Of a stretch of 64,000 nt of DNA, positions 31,640-42,600 are shown one piece after another. Every line of letters begins with the position of its first letter. Position 1 is the stretch's first letter. The position numbers were made by a program, and so were the translations under genes. Origin of the DNA: Malacoraja senta (taxonomy: Eukaryota); NCBI GenBank assembly GCA_038087875.1, contig JAXLNO010003865.1, forward strand, positions 62,001 through 126,000, written 5' to 3'. Under the pieces are notes generated by a model. The model did no database searches. It saw nothing but the letters and a program-made list of their open reading frames with translations, and was not told the DNA's origin.

Positions 31640-32040
31640 CGACTAAACCCCTCGATCACTGAAGCGTCGCCTCGACGACACCTCACGATCAAACTGCTCC
31701 TCACGACCAGACCTCGACTCGCCTCGACTAAACTCCACGTCACTGAAACCAACCTCGCGCCCGCCCGCCTCCAATAACCAACCGCCGTTAGCCTGGTCCT
31801 CGCTCCTCGCTATTTATAGACCCGGCCGTTGGCGGAGGCGGGGCTTGACGACAACGTCAACGTCAGTGCGTGTGCCCCCCTCCCCCCCCCACACCGGCTC
31901 TCTCGGGCAGTGCGCCTGCGCTGCTCTCCGCGCTCGACCCCGCCCCTTTGTTTGTTGCCGCCAATGGCCCGGGGGGGAGGGAGAGGGGCGGAGCGGGGGC
32001 TATAAATAGCGGGTCCTCTCCGGGGCCTGGGAACGGGGAA
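31640..32040. promoter_or_regulatory. CpG-island promoter with divergent TATA boxes
   Basis: High CpG/GC content. Minus-strand TATAAATA at 31818-31811 and plus-strand TATAAAT at 32001-32007, both within CTATAAATAGCG. CCAAT at 31961. GC boxes GGGGCGGAG (about 31985) and CCCGCCCC (about 31938). Confidence 0.7.
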
Positions 32041-32130
32041 GATGCTGCTGCTCCTTCTCCTCCTCAGACCATCACAATCCTAGGAGGAGTGAGGAGTGGG
32101 CTCTGGAGTGGATCACTGACAATAATATGA
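32001..32130 (+). other. TATA plus Leu-rich leader-like exon, plus-strand copy (in-frame stop)
   Basis: TATA 41 bp upstream of ATG 32042. ATG CTG CTG CTC CTT CTC CTC CTC AGA CCA TCA CAA TCC TAG = MLLLLLLLRPSQS*, followed by a GTGAGG donor-like motif. Confidence 0.5.
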
Positions 32131-32435
32131 CCATCACACCCTTGTAACGGACTGCTTGAACTACTTCACTCCGCCAGACGTTACAAGGCCTTCTACGCCC
32201 GAACCTCCAGACTCAGAAACAGCTTTATTCCAAGAGCTATAGCGGCTCTGAACCGGCCCTGCTGAATGCCCCCCCCCACCCACCCCCCCTGGTCAGTCTC
32301 CCTCGGATGGTCACGTCACTCAGCTTGCCTATTTATTTATTTTACTTTTCTTGTACATCGGTGGAGCTGCATACTAAATCTCGTTGCACTGACGTGCAAT
32401 GACAATAAAAGATATTATTATTATTATTATTATTA
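32130..32435 (+). mobile_element. Rex1/Babar-type LINE 3' end
   Basis: Translates SHPCNGLLELLHSARRYKAFYARTSRLRNSFIPRAIAALN*. The 3' UTR ends ATGACAATAAAAG followed by a (TTA)n tail. Confidence 0.75.
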
Positions 32436-32439
32436 GATG

Positions 32440-32845
32440 TCAGCTGATCGACATCGATGAGACCAAGTGTAGGCTTGACGATCGCTTCGCCGAACACCTC
32501 CGCTCGGTCCGCAATAACCAACTTGATCTCTCGGTGGCTCAGCAGTTCAACTCCCCCTCCCATTCCGAATCCGACCTTTTTGTCCTGGGCCTCCTCCATG
32601 GCCAGAGTGAGGACCACCGGAAATTATAGGAGCAGCACCTCATATTTGGGCAGTTTATACCCCATCGGCATGAACACTGACTTCTCCAATTTCAGGTAGC
32701 CCTTACTGTCTCCTCCCCTTCTCAGCTCTCCCTCAGCCCTCTGACTCCTCCTCTTCCTTTCTTCTTCCAGCCTCCCCCCCCACCACCCTACATCAGTCTG
32801 AAGAAAGGTCTCGGCCTGAAACGTTCCCTATTTCCTTCACTCCAA
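32440..32845 (+). mobile_element. Penelope-like element fragment, GIY-YIG endonuclease C-half plus tail
   Basis: ORF 32399-32629 gives IDETKCRLDDRFAEHLRSVRNNQLDLSVAQQFNSPSHSESDLFVLGLLH (degenerate YIGET...RFxEH...HFN). Tail CAGTCTGAAGAAAGGTCTCGGCCTGAAACG. Confidence 0.85.
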
Positions 32846-32874
32846 ACCTCCATAGAGGTTTTTTATCTACCTGC

Positions 32875-32972
32875 CCATTTCAGCAACTGATCTTCATCCC
32901 GCCGTATCTTCCGACAGCTTCCTCATTGTCTGCAACTCCTCCGATCTTGGTGTCGTCAGCAAACTCACTCAG
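32875..32972 (-). mobile_element. CR1 RT fragment
   Basis: SEFADDTKIGGVADNEE in ORF 32880-33062. Confidence 0.75.
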
Positions 32973-33334
32973 CCACAGATCGTCAGCATCTTCACACATG
33001 CGCTCTGATGGAGGGACAGCGCATCCTGAACATTTTTGCCGCTGTAAAGCACCTGAGTTCACCGTGTTATTGTGAATGTCGGAGTGGTCACTGCCGAACC
33101 CGGCTCTCTTTTAACGCCACGCACCCTATCTACTCATACTGCCTCCTTCAGTGAGATGAGAACCTGGACCCAAATATCCCACTGCACATCAATTCTGTCA
33201 ATGAAGAAGGGTCTTGACCTGAAACGTCACCCATTCCTTCTTGGTCAAGTATGAATATTGCTTTCTTTAACTTCAAGCACACCAGCGTTCGCTCTATCTC
33301 CATCCCTCCCCCACCAAAGTCACAACAGCTTGAA

Positions 33335-33930
33335 GTCTTGAATTTTCATGGCTTTTCATGTCTTGAATTTTCGTGGTTTTAACATCTTGAATTTTCGTAG
33401 CTTTTCATGTCGAATTTTCGTGGCTTTTCATGTCTTGAATTTTCGTGACTTTTCATGTCTTGAATTTTCGTGGCTTTTCACGCCTTGAATTATCGTGGCT
33501 TTTCACGCCTTGAATTTTCGTGGCTTTTCACGCCTTGAATTTTCGTGGCTTTTGATGTCTTGAATTTTCGTGGCTTTTCATGTCTTGATTTTTCGTGGCT
33601 TTTCACGTCTTGTCATTGCGTTTCATATCTTGAATTTTCGTGGCTTTCAACGTCTTGAATTTTCTAGGCTTTTCACGTCTTGAATAGTCATTGATTTTCA
33701 CGTCTTGAAATTTCGTGGCTTTTCAAGTCTTGAATTTTTGTGGGGGTTTTCCACGTCTTGAATTTTTGTGTATTTTCACATCTTCAATATTCGTGTCTTT
33801 TCATTCCTTGAATTTTCGTGGCTTTTCGTGTCATGAATTTTCGAGGCTTTTCACGTCATGAATTTTCGTGGCTTTTCACGTCTTGAATTTTTGTGGCTTT
33901 TCACGTCTTGAATTTTCGTGGCTTTTCATG
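33335..33930 (+). repeat. Diverged 25-bp satellite subfamily TCTTGAATTTTCGTGGCTTTTCAYG (about 24 units)
   Basis: 25-bp period. Differs from the main satellite at consistent positions (TCTTGAA versus TGCTGAA, CGTGG versus CGTCG, TTCAYG versus TTCGCG). Confidence 0.92.
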
Positions 33931-34045
33931 ACCCGAAACGTCATCTATTCCTTCTCGCCAGAGATGCTGCCTCTCCCGCTGAGTTACTCCAGCATTTCGT
34001 GTCAATCTTCGGTTTAAACCGGCATCTGCAGTTGCACCCAACACT
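33931..34045 (+). mobile_element. Penelope-like terminal fragment
   Basis: ACCCGAAACGTCATCTATTCCTTCTCGCCAGAGATGCTGCC...GCTGAGTTACTCCAGCATTT...GCATCTGCAGTT. Confidence 0.65.
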
Positions 34046-34055
34046 GTTAATAATT

Positions 34056-34125
34056 TAGTTTAGTTTAGAGATACAGCGTGGAAACAGGCACACCGAGTCT
34101 GCACTAACCAACGATCCTCGCACAT
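34056..34125 (-). mobile_element. HE1-like SINE 3' tail
   Basis: TTTAGTTTAGTTTAGAGATACAGCGTGGAAACAGGC is the reverse complement of the SINE tail seen at 16820-16862. A similar fragment lies at 35245-35300. Confidence 0.55.
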
Positions 34126-34139
34126 TATCACTATTAATA

Positions 34140-35160
34140 GGTTGAAAGCGAAGAGCAAAGTCAGTAACACCGCCATCATGGGGCTTCTGCACTCGGACGA
34201 CTGCGCCAATGCAGCACACTCTGCAGAAGACCCCCAGGGCGTCCTGAATGCCTTTGCCAACGCATACAAAGCCATGGGCCTAGATCAGGTCCCACATCAA
34301 CCTCCACCCAACCAGCCGTCTAAAAGTGGACGACACCACTCTTGAAAATGTTGACCACTTCCCCAACCTTGGCAGCATTCTTTCCTCAAAAGCTGACATC
34401 GACTCTGAGGTCAACCATCGCCTGAGTTGTGCCAGCGGAGCCTACGCCAGACTCAGGAGAAGTCTTTGAAGACCGAGACCTAAAGGTTCAAACATAACAG
34501 CTGGTAACAGAGACGTTGTCCTCTAACACCCTGTTGTATGGAGTTGAATAATGGACCACTTACAGCAGGCACCTGAGAGCCCCGGAACAATATCATCGAA
34601 GATCCTTACAAAATATTCTGAGGATTAGCTGGGAGGACAAACGCACAAACATCAACATTTTGGAGGAAGCCAACATGACCAGCATCACCACCACAATAAA
34701 GCAGCACCAACTTCGATGGACTGGCCATATCATCCGCATGTTCAACACACGTCTCCCTAAACAAATCCTGTACTCTCAACTGAAGGAAGGTCGGCGAGCC
34801 CCCGGCGGGCCAAAGAAAAGCTTCAAGGACAATACCTAGAACAGTTTGAAGAAATTCAACATCACATCAAGCAAATGAGAGTGCATTGCACTTGACATGC
34901 ATTGCTGGAGGAAGTCCGTGCAGGAATGAGCTGCACTTCACGAAATGGAACCACGCCGTGTCGCAGAGACAAAGCGACAGCAGCGTAAGGAGAGAGAGAA
35001 GGAGGCTCGACAACTACCAACTGCCGCCAGTCTCCACTGCCCACGTTGTACCAAGGTGTGTGGATCGTAGATCGCCCTTTACAGACGTCTGCAGACCCAC
35101 AAGTGGACGACCTTATGGAGAGGACAGTCATATTCGTTTCGAGTGACCGCCGATGATCAC
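34140..35160 (+). mobile_element. RTE-clade LINE 3' portion, degenerate
   Basis: KAKSKVSNTAIMGLLHSDDCA..AHSAED.Q..LNAF, then LENVDHFPxLGSI, LYGxE.W, QLRWTGH..RM..TRLPKQ.LYSQLKEG and a C-terminal CPRCTKVCG-type zinc motif. Multiple frameshifts. Confidence 0.88.
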
Positions 35161-35304
35161 ACAAGAGAGACAATTTAAACTGTTATGCCAAGCCATTTAT
35201 GTATATAATGTAAATAAATGAGCTGGACATCAATGTTAATTGGTTAAGTTTAATTTCGAGATACAGTGCGGAGACAGTCCCTTATTCCCACTGAATTTGC
35301 ACCG

Positions 35305-35690
35305 AGGAAGGAACGGCAGATACTGGTTTACACCGAAGATAGACACAAAAGCTGGAGTAACCCAGCGGGGCTGGGAGCATATCTGGAGAAAATGTGACGT
35401 TTTGGTTCGAGACCCTTCTTCAGACTGAGAGGCAGGTGAAAGGGAAACGAGAGGTATGGGAAGGTACAGAACAAATCAGGCCGAAACGATGGCCCAGGAA
35501 AGTTGGAGCCCACAATGGTCTATTGCTTGTCATGGAAGAGATACAAGCAGGTAAACTAGCAGAACAATAAAGTGGGGGAGGAACAGAGAGAGGGAAAGCA
35601 AGGGTTACTTGAGGTTAGAGAAGGCAATGTTCATACCGCTGGGGTGTAAGCTGCCCAAGCGAAAGATGAGGTGCTATTCTTCCAATTCAG
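35305..35690 (-). mobile_element. Penelope-like element 3' fragment
   Basis: Tail module plus AATGTTCATACCGCTGGGGTGTAAGCTGCCCAAGCGAAAGATGAGGTGCT, the reverse complement of the GIY-YIG C-terminal region seen at 32630-32690. Confidence 0.75.
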
Positions 35691-35714
35691 TTGTTTGTAA
35701 CCATGAAATGCCAG

Positions 35715-36890
35715 TATGTAGCTAGCTAGCCAGTCTGTAGCAATGTAGCTAGCTACCTAGTTATCCAGTTGGTAGCTCAGCCTCGGTTGCTACCTAACTA
35801 TCCAGTATGTAACTCAGTCTGGCTATCGACTTAGCTATCCAGTATGTGGGCATTTGTACAGGATGTAGCCATCTAGCTGGCTCAATTGTGATCATGTTTT
35901 GTCTTTTTGCTAACTGGTTTGCTCGTGACTAAAGCTTTTCACTGTACCTCGGTACACGTGAGAATAAATTAATGAGGGGGAAAGGATTATATGAGATTGT
36001 TACGTGGATTAGTGTAACAACACACCAGTTGTTGTTGTAAAGCTTCAGTTGTTGTTGCTCAGATTGTATTGCTCCTTTACAGGTGCTCTCCCCTAAATCT
36101 ACCCTAAATTTACAGATGCCTTCCCTACTGCACCATCTAAAGGTGCCCTCCTATAATTCACCATTTACAGATGACCTCCTAATTCACCATTTAAAGGTGC
36201 CCTCACCTAAATCCCCCTCCCACATACATGCCCTGCCCTAAATCCACATTTAGAGGTGCCCTTCCCTAAACCCCCTCCTATAGCTAGGCACCCTCCCCTA
36301 TATGTAACTATCTAGCTACCTGGTTTTCCAGTATGTAGCCTCTAGCTAACTACCTAGCTATCCAGTACGTTGCCCACTAGCTATCTATCTAGCTACCCAA
36401 GTATGTAGCCCAGTCTAGTTAGCTACCTAGCTATCCAGTATGTAGTTCACTCTAGCTAACTACGTAGCTATCCAGTATGTAGCTCAGTTTTGCTATCTCT
36501 AACTATCCAGTATGTAAACATTTAGCTAGATACCTAGTTATATAGGATGTACTCATCTAGCTGGCTCAATTGTGATCATGTTTTGTCTTTTTGCTAACTG
36601 GTCAGCTCGCAACTAAAGCTTTTCACTGTACCTCGGTACACGTGAGAATAAATTAATGAGGGGGAAAGAATTATATGAGATTGTTACGTCGATTGGTGTA
36701 ATAACACACCAGTTGTTGTTGTAAAGCTTCAGTTGTTGTTGCTCAGATTGTATTGCTCCTTTACTGGTGCTCTCCCCTAAATCTACCCTAAATTTACAGA
36801 TGCCTTCCCCACTGCACCATTTAAAGGTGCCCTCCTCTAATTCACCATTTACAGATGCCCTCCTAATTCACAGTTTAAAGGTGCCCTCCC
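35715..36890 (-). repeat. Composite tandem repeat: inverted AGCT minisatellite, 345-bp duplicated block (684-bp offset) and CCTAAAT/GGTGCCC minisatellite
   Basis: CTAGCTATCCAGTATGT units at 35715-35860 and 36290-36545. ATCTAGCTGGCTCAATTGTGATC starts at 35871 and at 36555. Confidence 0.85.
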
Positions 36891-36893
36891 CTT

Positions 36894-37952
36894 GTGGGTA
36901 ACACTCGGGCTACAACAGAAGCATCGGTGTCAATAGTCAAGCTCACATTTGAGAGGCTGGGGTTTGTGATACATCTAGATAAATCCAAATTGTCACCAAG
37001 CACAGTAATTGATTACTTGGGGTTCACTATTAATTCAGAACAAATGATAGTGACTTTGCCCAAAGATAAAAAGCTGCAGTTAATTGAGGGTTGTAGCAAG
37101 CTCATTACACAGCATCAACCATCAATTAGGCAAGTGGCAAGCTTGCTTGGCAAACTAATTGCTTCATTTCCAGCTGTGCAGTTTGGTCCACTGCATTATC
37201 AGCAACTGCAGCGAGCAAAGGTACAAGCGTTGAGGAGACATTTAGGGCATTTTGATAGACCCATGCAATTACCAGTAACAGCTATTACTGAAATACAATG
37301 GTGGATCAGGAGTGTCTCATATGCTTCCAGGGAAATTCTGGTTGAAACACCTGCTATTATTCTGCAGACTGGTGTAAGTGCTCTAGGTTGGGGAGCTACT
37401 GATACTATTTCCATCTGTGGAGGCAGATGGAATGTGGAAGAAGTACCTTTGCTCCAAGCACATGGGATCAATTACCTAGAACTGTTAGGTACATTTTATG
37501 GGCTTAAAGGTTATTGCTCTAATGTGCAAAACGTGCATGTACAGGTTGAGATTGACAACACTACGGCTGTAGCGTATGCTAATCACATGGGTGGTATCAT
37601 GTCAGAACCTTGTGATAGATTGGCAAACGTTATCTGGAACTGGTGTATTAGCAGAAACATTTGGCTTTCGGCAATCTACCTACCAGGTAGATTCAACATA
37701 ATCGCAGACACCAGGTCACGTAAATTCAATGACAATACAGAATGGATGTTAAATCGTGACAACTTTAATAAAATTGTTGCGCAATTTGGGATGCCAGAAA
37801 TTGACTTGTTTGCATCTAGTAACCACCAATTACCTAAATATGTTTCATGGGAACCAGATCCTGGTGCGACAGAATGGATGTTAAATGGATGCATTCTCGC
37901 TACATTGGGGTGTAATATTTTTGTATGCATTTCCTCCATTTTGTCTCATTAG
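36894..37952 (+). pseudogene. DIRS RT C-half / RNase H / start of DNA N6-adenine methyltransferase-like domain
   Basis: LGFVIHLDKS, IDYLGFTINS, LQTGVSALGWGA (TDAS Asp lost), INYLELL, IDNTTAVAY..HMGG, YLPGRFNIIAD..SR, IDLFAS..NHQLPKYVSW. The remainder (VLVVPDWPTQPWYPLL) continues frameshifted to about 38150. Confidence 0.88.
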
Positions 37953-38150
37953 TAGGTGTCTATAAAAGATCAAGCAGGACTCCGCTTGAGGAGTGTTGGT
38001 GGTACCAGATTGGCCTACACAACCATGGTACCCACTGCTGTTAAAAATAATCACAAAGCCTCTTATGGTTATTCTTAAACAAGAAAACCTACTTGTGCAC
38101 CCTGTAACTGGTGATTCGCATCCTTTACATGATCATATTGGTTTGTTGAT

Positions 38151-39147
38151 TTGCAGATTCTAAGGAGGCCATATCTCGGAAGAGGACTATCAGAGCGTAC
38201 GGGGGATGTTATTGCAGCAGCCTGGAGGAATAGTACCCAAACGCAGCACATTTCTTACATATGTAAATGGGAGGTGTTTTGCTTATTGCAGAATATTTCG
38301 TATCACACTGCAAACATCCCAGATGTGTTAGAGTTTCTGTCAACTCTCTATTTTGATTTGAAATTAAGTTATAGTGCTATCAATACTGCAAGAAGTGCCC
38401 TCTCTGCATATCTATGGAGGGAGTCGGAACAATATCTTGTCGGATCACACCCTTTGTTCTGTAGGTTAATGAAGGGAATTTTCAATTCCAAGCCTCCTCG
38501 ACCCAGGTATACAGAAATCTGGAATGTGAGGGATGTGCTGATGTTACTTCGTCAATGGACTCCCATTTCAGCTCTATCTTTGGCCAAGGTTACCATGAAG
38601 GTAGTTATGCTCATGGCACTAGTTTCAGCACAGAGAGTGCAGACATTGTTGAAATTACCAATAGATAGGATGGTAGTGGCAGCAGATGCCGTTACTTTCT
38701 ATGTCTATGATTTACTCAAACAGAGCAGACCTGGAGTCACGGGGTGTAAGTTGTTTTTTTCAACATATCCTACGGACCCAAGACTATGTGTAGTGTCACA
38801 TTTAAGATGTTACATTGAAGCCACCAGGAACTTAAGAGGTGCAGAATCAGCATTCTGTATCAGCCATAAAAAACACATAAGAAAGTGTCAGTGCAGACAA
38901 TCTCAAGGTGGTGAAGCAGGTGCTGGTTGATGCAGGGATTGATACTGACAAATTTAAATCTTATTCCACCAGGGCGGCATCAACATCGGCGGCCAGGGAT
39001 TTGGATGCCCCAATGGACCATATCCTCGCGGCCGCAGGATGGCCAGGTGAACGGATGTTTCACAAGTATTACCATAAAGAGTTTGCAGAACCTGGGGTAT
39101 TTGGCGGTGCTGTTTTGGATTCAGTGTTAAGTTCCCCTCTGGGATAA
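38151..39147 (+). pseudogene. DIRS tyrosine recombinase, frameshifted near 38900-38930
   Basis: SYSAINTARSALS, HPLFCRLMKG, PPRPRY..W, ALVSAQR, KQSRPG, then AGID...FKSYSTRAASTS...AAGW....FHKYY. The catalytic HxxR motif reads YSTR. Confidence 0.9.
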
Positions 39148-39333
39148 AGGGGGATTTTTTTTGTTATGATTAATAAATCATTAACTGATTACATCAATGT
39201 TATGGTTATATATTATTGATTGTTTTCACTCATTCAGAGTCAATCAATGCAGTGAGACGCCTGGATTTCAATCTACGGCATGAAATCACAGAGCATTGAA
39301 ATCTTCACGTAGTCACTCACGTGACTCCGAATT

Positions 39334-39638
39334 AAAATAGTGAGATTAAACGAGAACTTACCAGTTTGAAGTTTGATCTTTATTTTATGAGGAGTTACGA
39401 TGAGGGACTATGTGCCCTCCTCTCCCACCTTCATAAAGATCAGCTGGAAGTTATGTTTTTCTCACTAATCTTACTATTATGCTTCTGTAATTATTATCTG
39501 TGATTTCACACCGCTGCTTTGAAGATTGACGCGTGTGCACCTAGACGGGGTCTTCTTCATGTAGTCCCTCATCGTAATTCCTCATAAAATAAAGATCAAA
39601 CTTCAAACTGGTAAGTTCTCGTTTAATCTCACTATTTT
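39334..39638. repeat. DIRS internal complementary region and right terminal repeat (81-bp inverted repeat)
   Basis: 39334-39414 is the reverse complement of 39558-39638 with about 3 mismatches and a 143-bp spacer. Confidence 0.9.
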
Positions 39639-42600
39639 GTCGCTTTTCATGTCCTGAATTTTCATCACTTTTCGCGTGCTGATTTTTCGTTGCTTTTCAC
39701 ATGCTGAATTTTCGTCGCTTTATGTGTGCTGAAATTTCAGTGCTTTTTATGTGCTGCAATTTCGTCGCTTTTCAAGTCCTGAAATTGCGTTGCTTTTCAC
39801 GTCCTGAATTTTCGACACTTTTCACATCCTGAAGGTTCGTCACTTTTTGTATGCCGAAATGTTGTCACTTTTCGTGTCCTGAAATTTTGTCGTTTTTCGT
39901 ACCCTGAATTTTCGTCGTTTATCGCGTGCTGAATTTTCGTCGCTGTATGCCTCCTGGGGTTTCGTCGCTTTTCGCGTCCTGAATTATCCTCGCTTTTCGT
40001 ATGCTGAATTTTTGTCGCGTTTCGCGTGCTGAATTTCATAGCTTTTCCCGTTCTGAAATGTCGTCACTTTTCCGTGCAGAATTTTCGTCACTTTTCACTT
40101 GCTGAATTTTCGTCGCTTTTTGTGTCCTGAAAATTAGTTGCATTTCACGTCCTGAATTTTTGTCACATTTCATGTCCTGAATTTTCGTTACTTTTAGCTT
40201 CCCGAATTATCAACGCTTTTCGCATCCTGAAGGTTCGTCGCTTTTCGTGTGCTTAATTTTCGTTGCTTTTCACATGCTGAATTTTCGTCAATTTTCTCGT
40301 GCAGAATTTTCGTCGCTTTTGGCTTCCTGAAGGTTCGTCACTTTTCACAAGCTGAATTTTCATCGCTTTTCACAGGATGAATTTTCATCGCTTTTCGCAT
40401 GCTGAAATTTTCATGTCCTGAAATTTCGTCGCTTTATGTGTCCTGAATTTACATAACTTTTTTGTAGCTTTTCCCATGCTGAATTTTCGTTGCTTTTCAT
40501 GTAGTTCATTTATGTAGCTTTTCGCGTGCTTCATATTCATCGCTTTTTGCGTCCTGAAGGTTCGTCACTTTTCGCATGCTGAATTTTCGTTCCATTCCTC
40601 ATGCTGAATTTTCATTGATATTCGCATGTTGAATTTTCGACGCTTTTCACGTTCTGAAATCTCGTCACTTTTCGTGTGCTGAATTTTCGCGTCCTGAAGG
40701 TTCGTCGCATTTCACATGCTGAATTTTCGGCGCTTTTCGCATGCTGAATTTTCATCACTTTTCGCGTGCTGAATTTTCGCGTTCTTAAAGTTCGTCACTT
40801 TTCGCATGCTGAATTTTTGTAGCTTTTCGCATGCTGAATTTTCATCACTTTTCACGTTCTGAAATTTTGTCACTTTTCGCGTGCTGAATTTTCGAGTCCT
40901 GAAGGTTCGTCGCTTTCCGCATGCTGAATTTTCGCGTTCTTAAGGTTCGTCACTTTTCGCATGCTGAATTTTCGTCGCTTTTCGCATGCTGAAATGTCAT
41001 TACTTTTCGCGTGCTGAATTTTCGTCGCTTTTCACGTTCTGAAATTTCGTCACCTTTTGCGTGCTGAATGTTCGTCGCTTTTCGCATGCTGAATATTTGC
41101 CACTTTTCGCATGCTGAATTTCCGTCGCTTTTCGCGTGCTTTGTTTTCATCGCTTTTCACGTCCTGAAGGTTCGTCGCTTTTTGAATGCTGAATTTTCGT
41201 CGCATTTCGCATGCTGAATTTTCGTCGCTTATCGCGTGCTGAATTTTCGTTGGTTTTCGCGTGCGGCATTTTCGTCGCTTTTTGTGTCCTGAAGGTTCAT
41301 CGCTTTTTGCGTGCTGAATTTTCGTTGGTTTTGACGTATGACATTTTCATTGCTTTTCGCGTCCTGAAGGTTCCTCTCTTTTCGCATGCTGAAATGTCAT
41401 CGCTTTTCACTTGCTGAATTTTTGGCGCTTTTCGTGTGCTGAAATGTTGTCGCTTTTCTCGTTCTGAAATTTCGTCGCTTTATGCGTCCTGAATTTTCGT
41501 CAATTTTTGCATGCTGAATTTTCGTCGCTTTTCGTGTGCTGAATGTTCGTCGCTTTTCGCATGCTGAATATTTGCCGCTTTTCGCGTGCTGAATTTACGT
41601 CGCTTTTCGTATCCTGAAGGTTCGTCACTTTTCACATGCTGAATTTTCATCACTTTTCACAGGCTGAATTTTCGTCGCTTTATGCGTCCTAGTTTCAGCG
41701 CATTTTGCATCCTGAATTTATGTTGGTTTTCACGTGCATCATTTTCATAGTTTTTCGCGCCCTGAAGGTTCCTCTCTTTTTGCATGCAGAATTTTCGTCG
41801 CTTTCCACTTGCTGAAATTCCGTCGCTTTTCTCATCCTGAAATTTAGTCGCTTTATGCGTCCTGATGTTTCATCGCATTTCGCATCCTGAATTTACGTCG
41901 CTTTTCGTGTGCTGAATTTTCGTCACTTTTCGTGTGCTGAATGTTTGTCACTTTTCGCATGCTGAATTTTCGTTGCATTTCGTGTGCTTCATTTTCACCG
42001 CTTTTCGCATCCTGAAGGTTCGTCGCTTTTCGCATGCTGAATTTTTGTCGCATTTCGCATGCTGAATTTTCATTAGTTTTCACGTGCGGAATTTTCTTCA
42101 CTTTTTGCATCGTGAAGATTTGTAAGTTTTTGCGTGCTTAATTTTCGTCCCTTTTTGCGTGCTGAAATTTCGTCGCTTTTCACGTCCTGAAATTTCATCG
42201 CTTTATGCGTCATGATGTTTCATCGCATTTCACATCCTGAATTTACATCGCTTTGTGTGTGCTGAATTTTCGTTGCTTTTCGCGTTCTGAATTTTTTTCA
42301 CTTTTCGCATTATGAATTTGCGTCGCATTTCGCGTGCTTCATTTTCATCGCTTTTCGCGTCCTGAAGGTTCGTCACTTTTCGAATACTGAATTTTCGTCA
42401 CATTTCGCATGCTGAATTCTCGTCGTTTATCGCGTGCTGAATGTTCGTTGTATTTCGCACGCGGAATTTTTGTCACTTTTCGCATCCTGGTTTGTCGCTT
42501 TTCGCGTGCTGAATTTTCGTCATTTTTTACGTGCTGAATTTTCGTTGATTTTTGCGTGCTTCATTTTCATCGCTTTTCGCGTCCTGAAGGTTCCTCTCTT

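Larger units (their letters stand above)
36891..39638 (+). mobile_element. DIRS1-type tyrosine-recombinase retrotransposon, 5'-truncated
   Basis: RT C-half, RNase H, methyltransferase-like domain and YR in order, followed by an internal complementary region and a right terminal repeat. Begins just after the expected YLDD motif. Confidence 0.92.

Noticed and set aside
36891-39147. DIRS RNase H + methyltransferase + recombinase cassette as a novel system
   Set aside because: This domain order is the established DIRS1 architecture. The copy is truncated, frameshifted and has lost catalytic residues.
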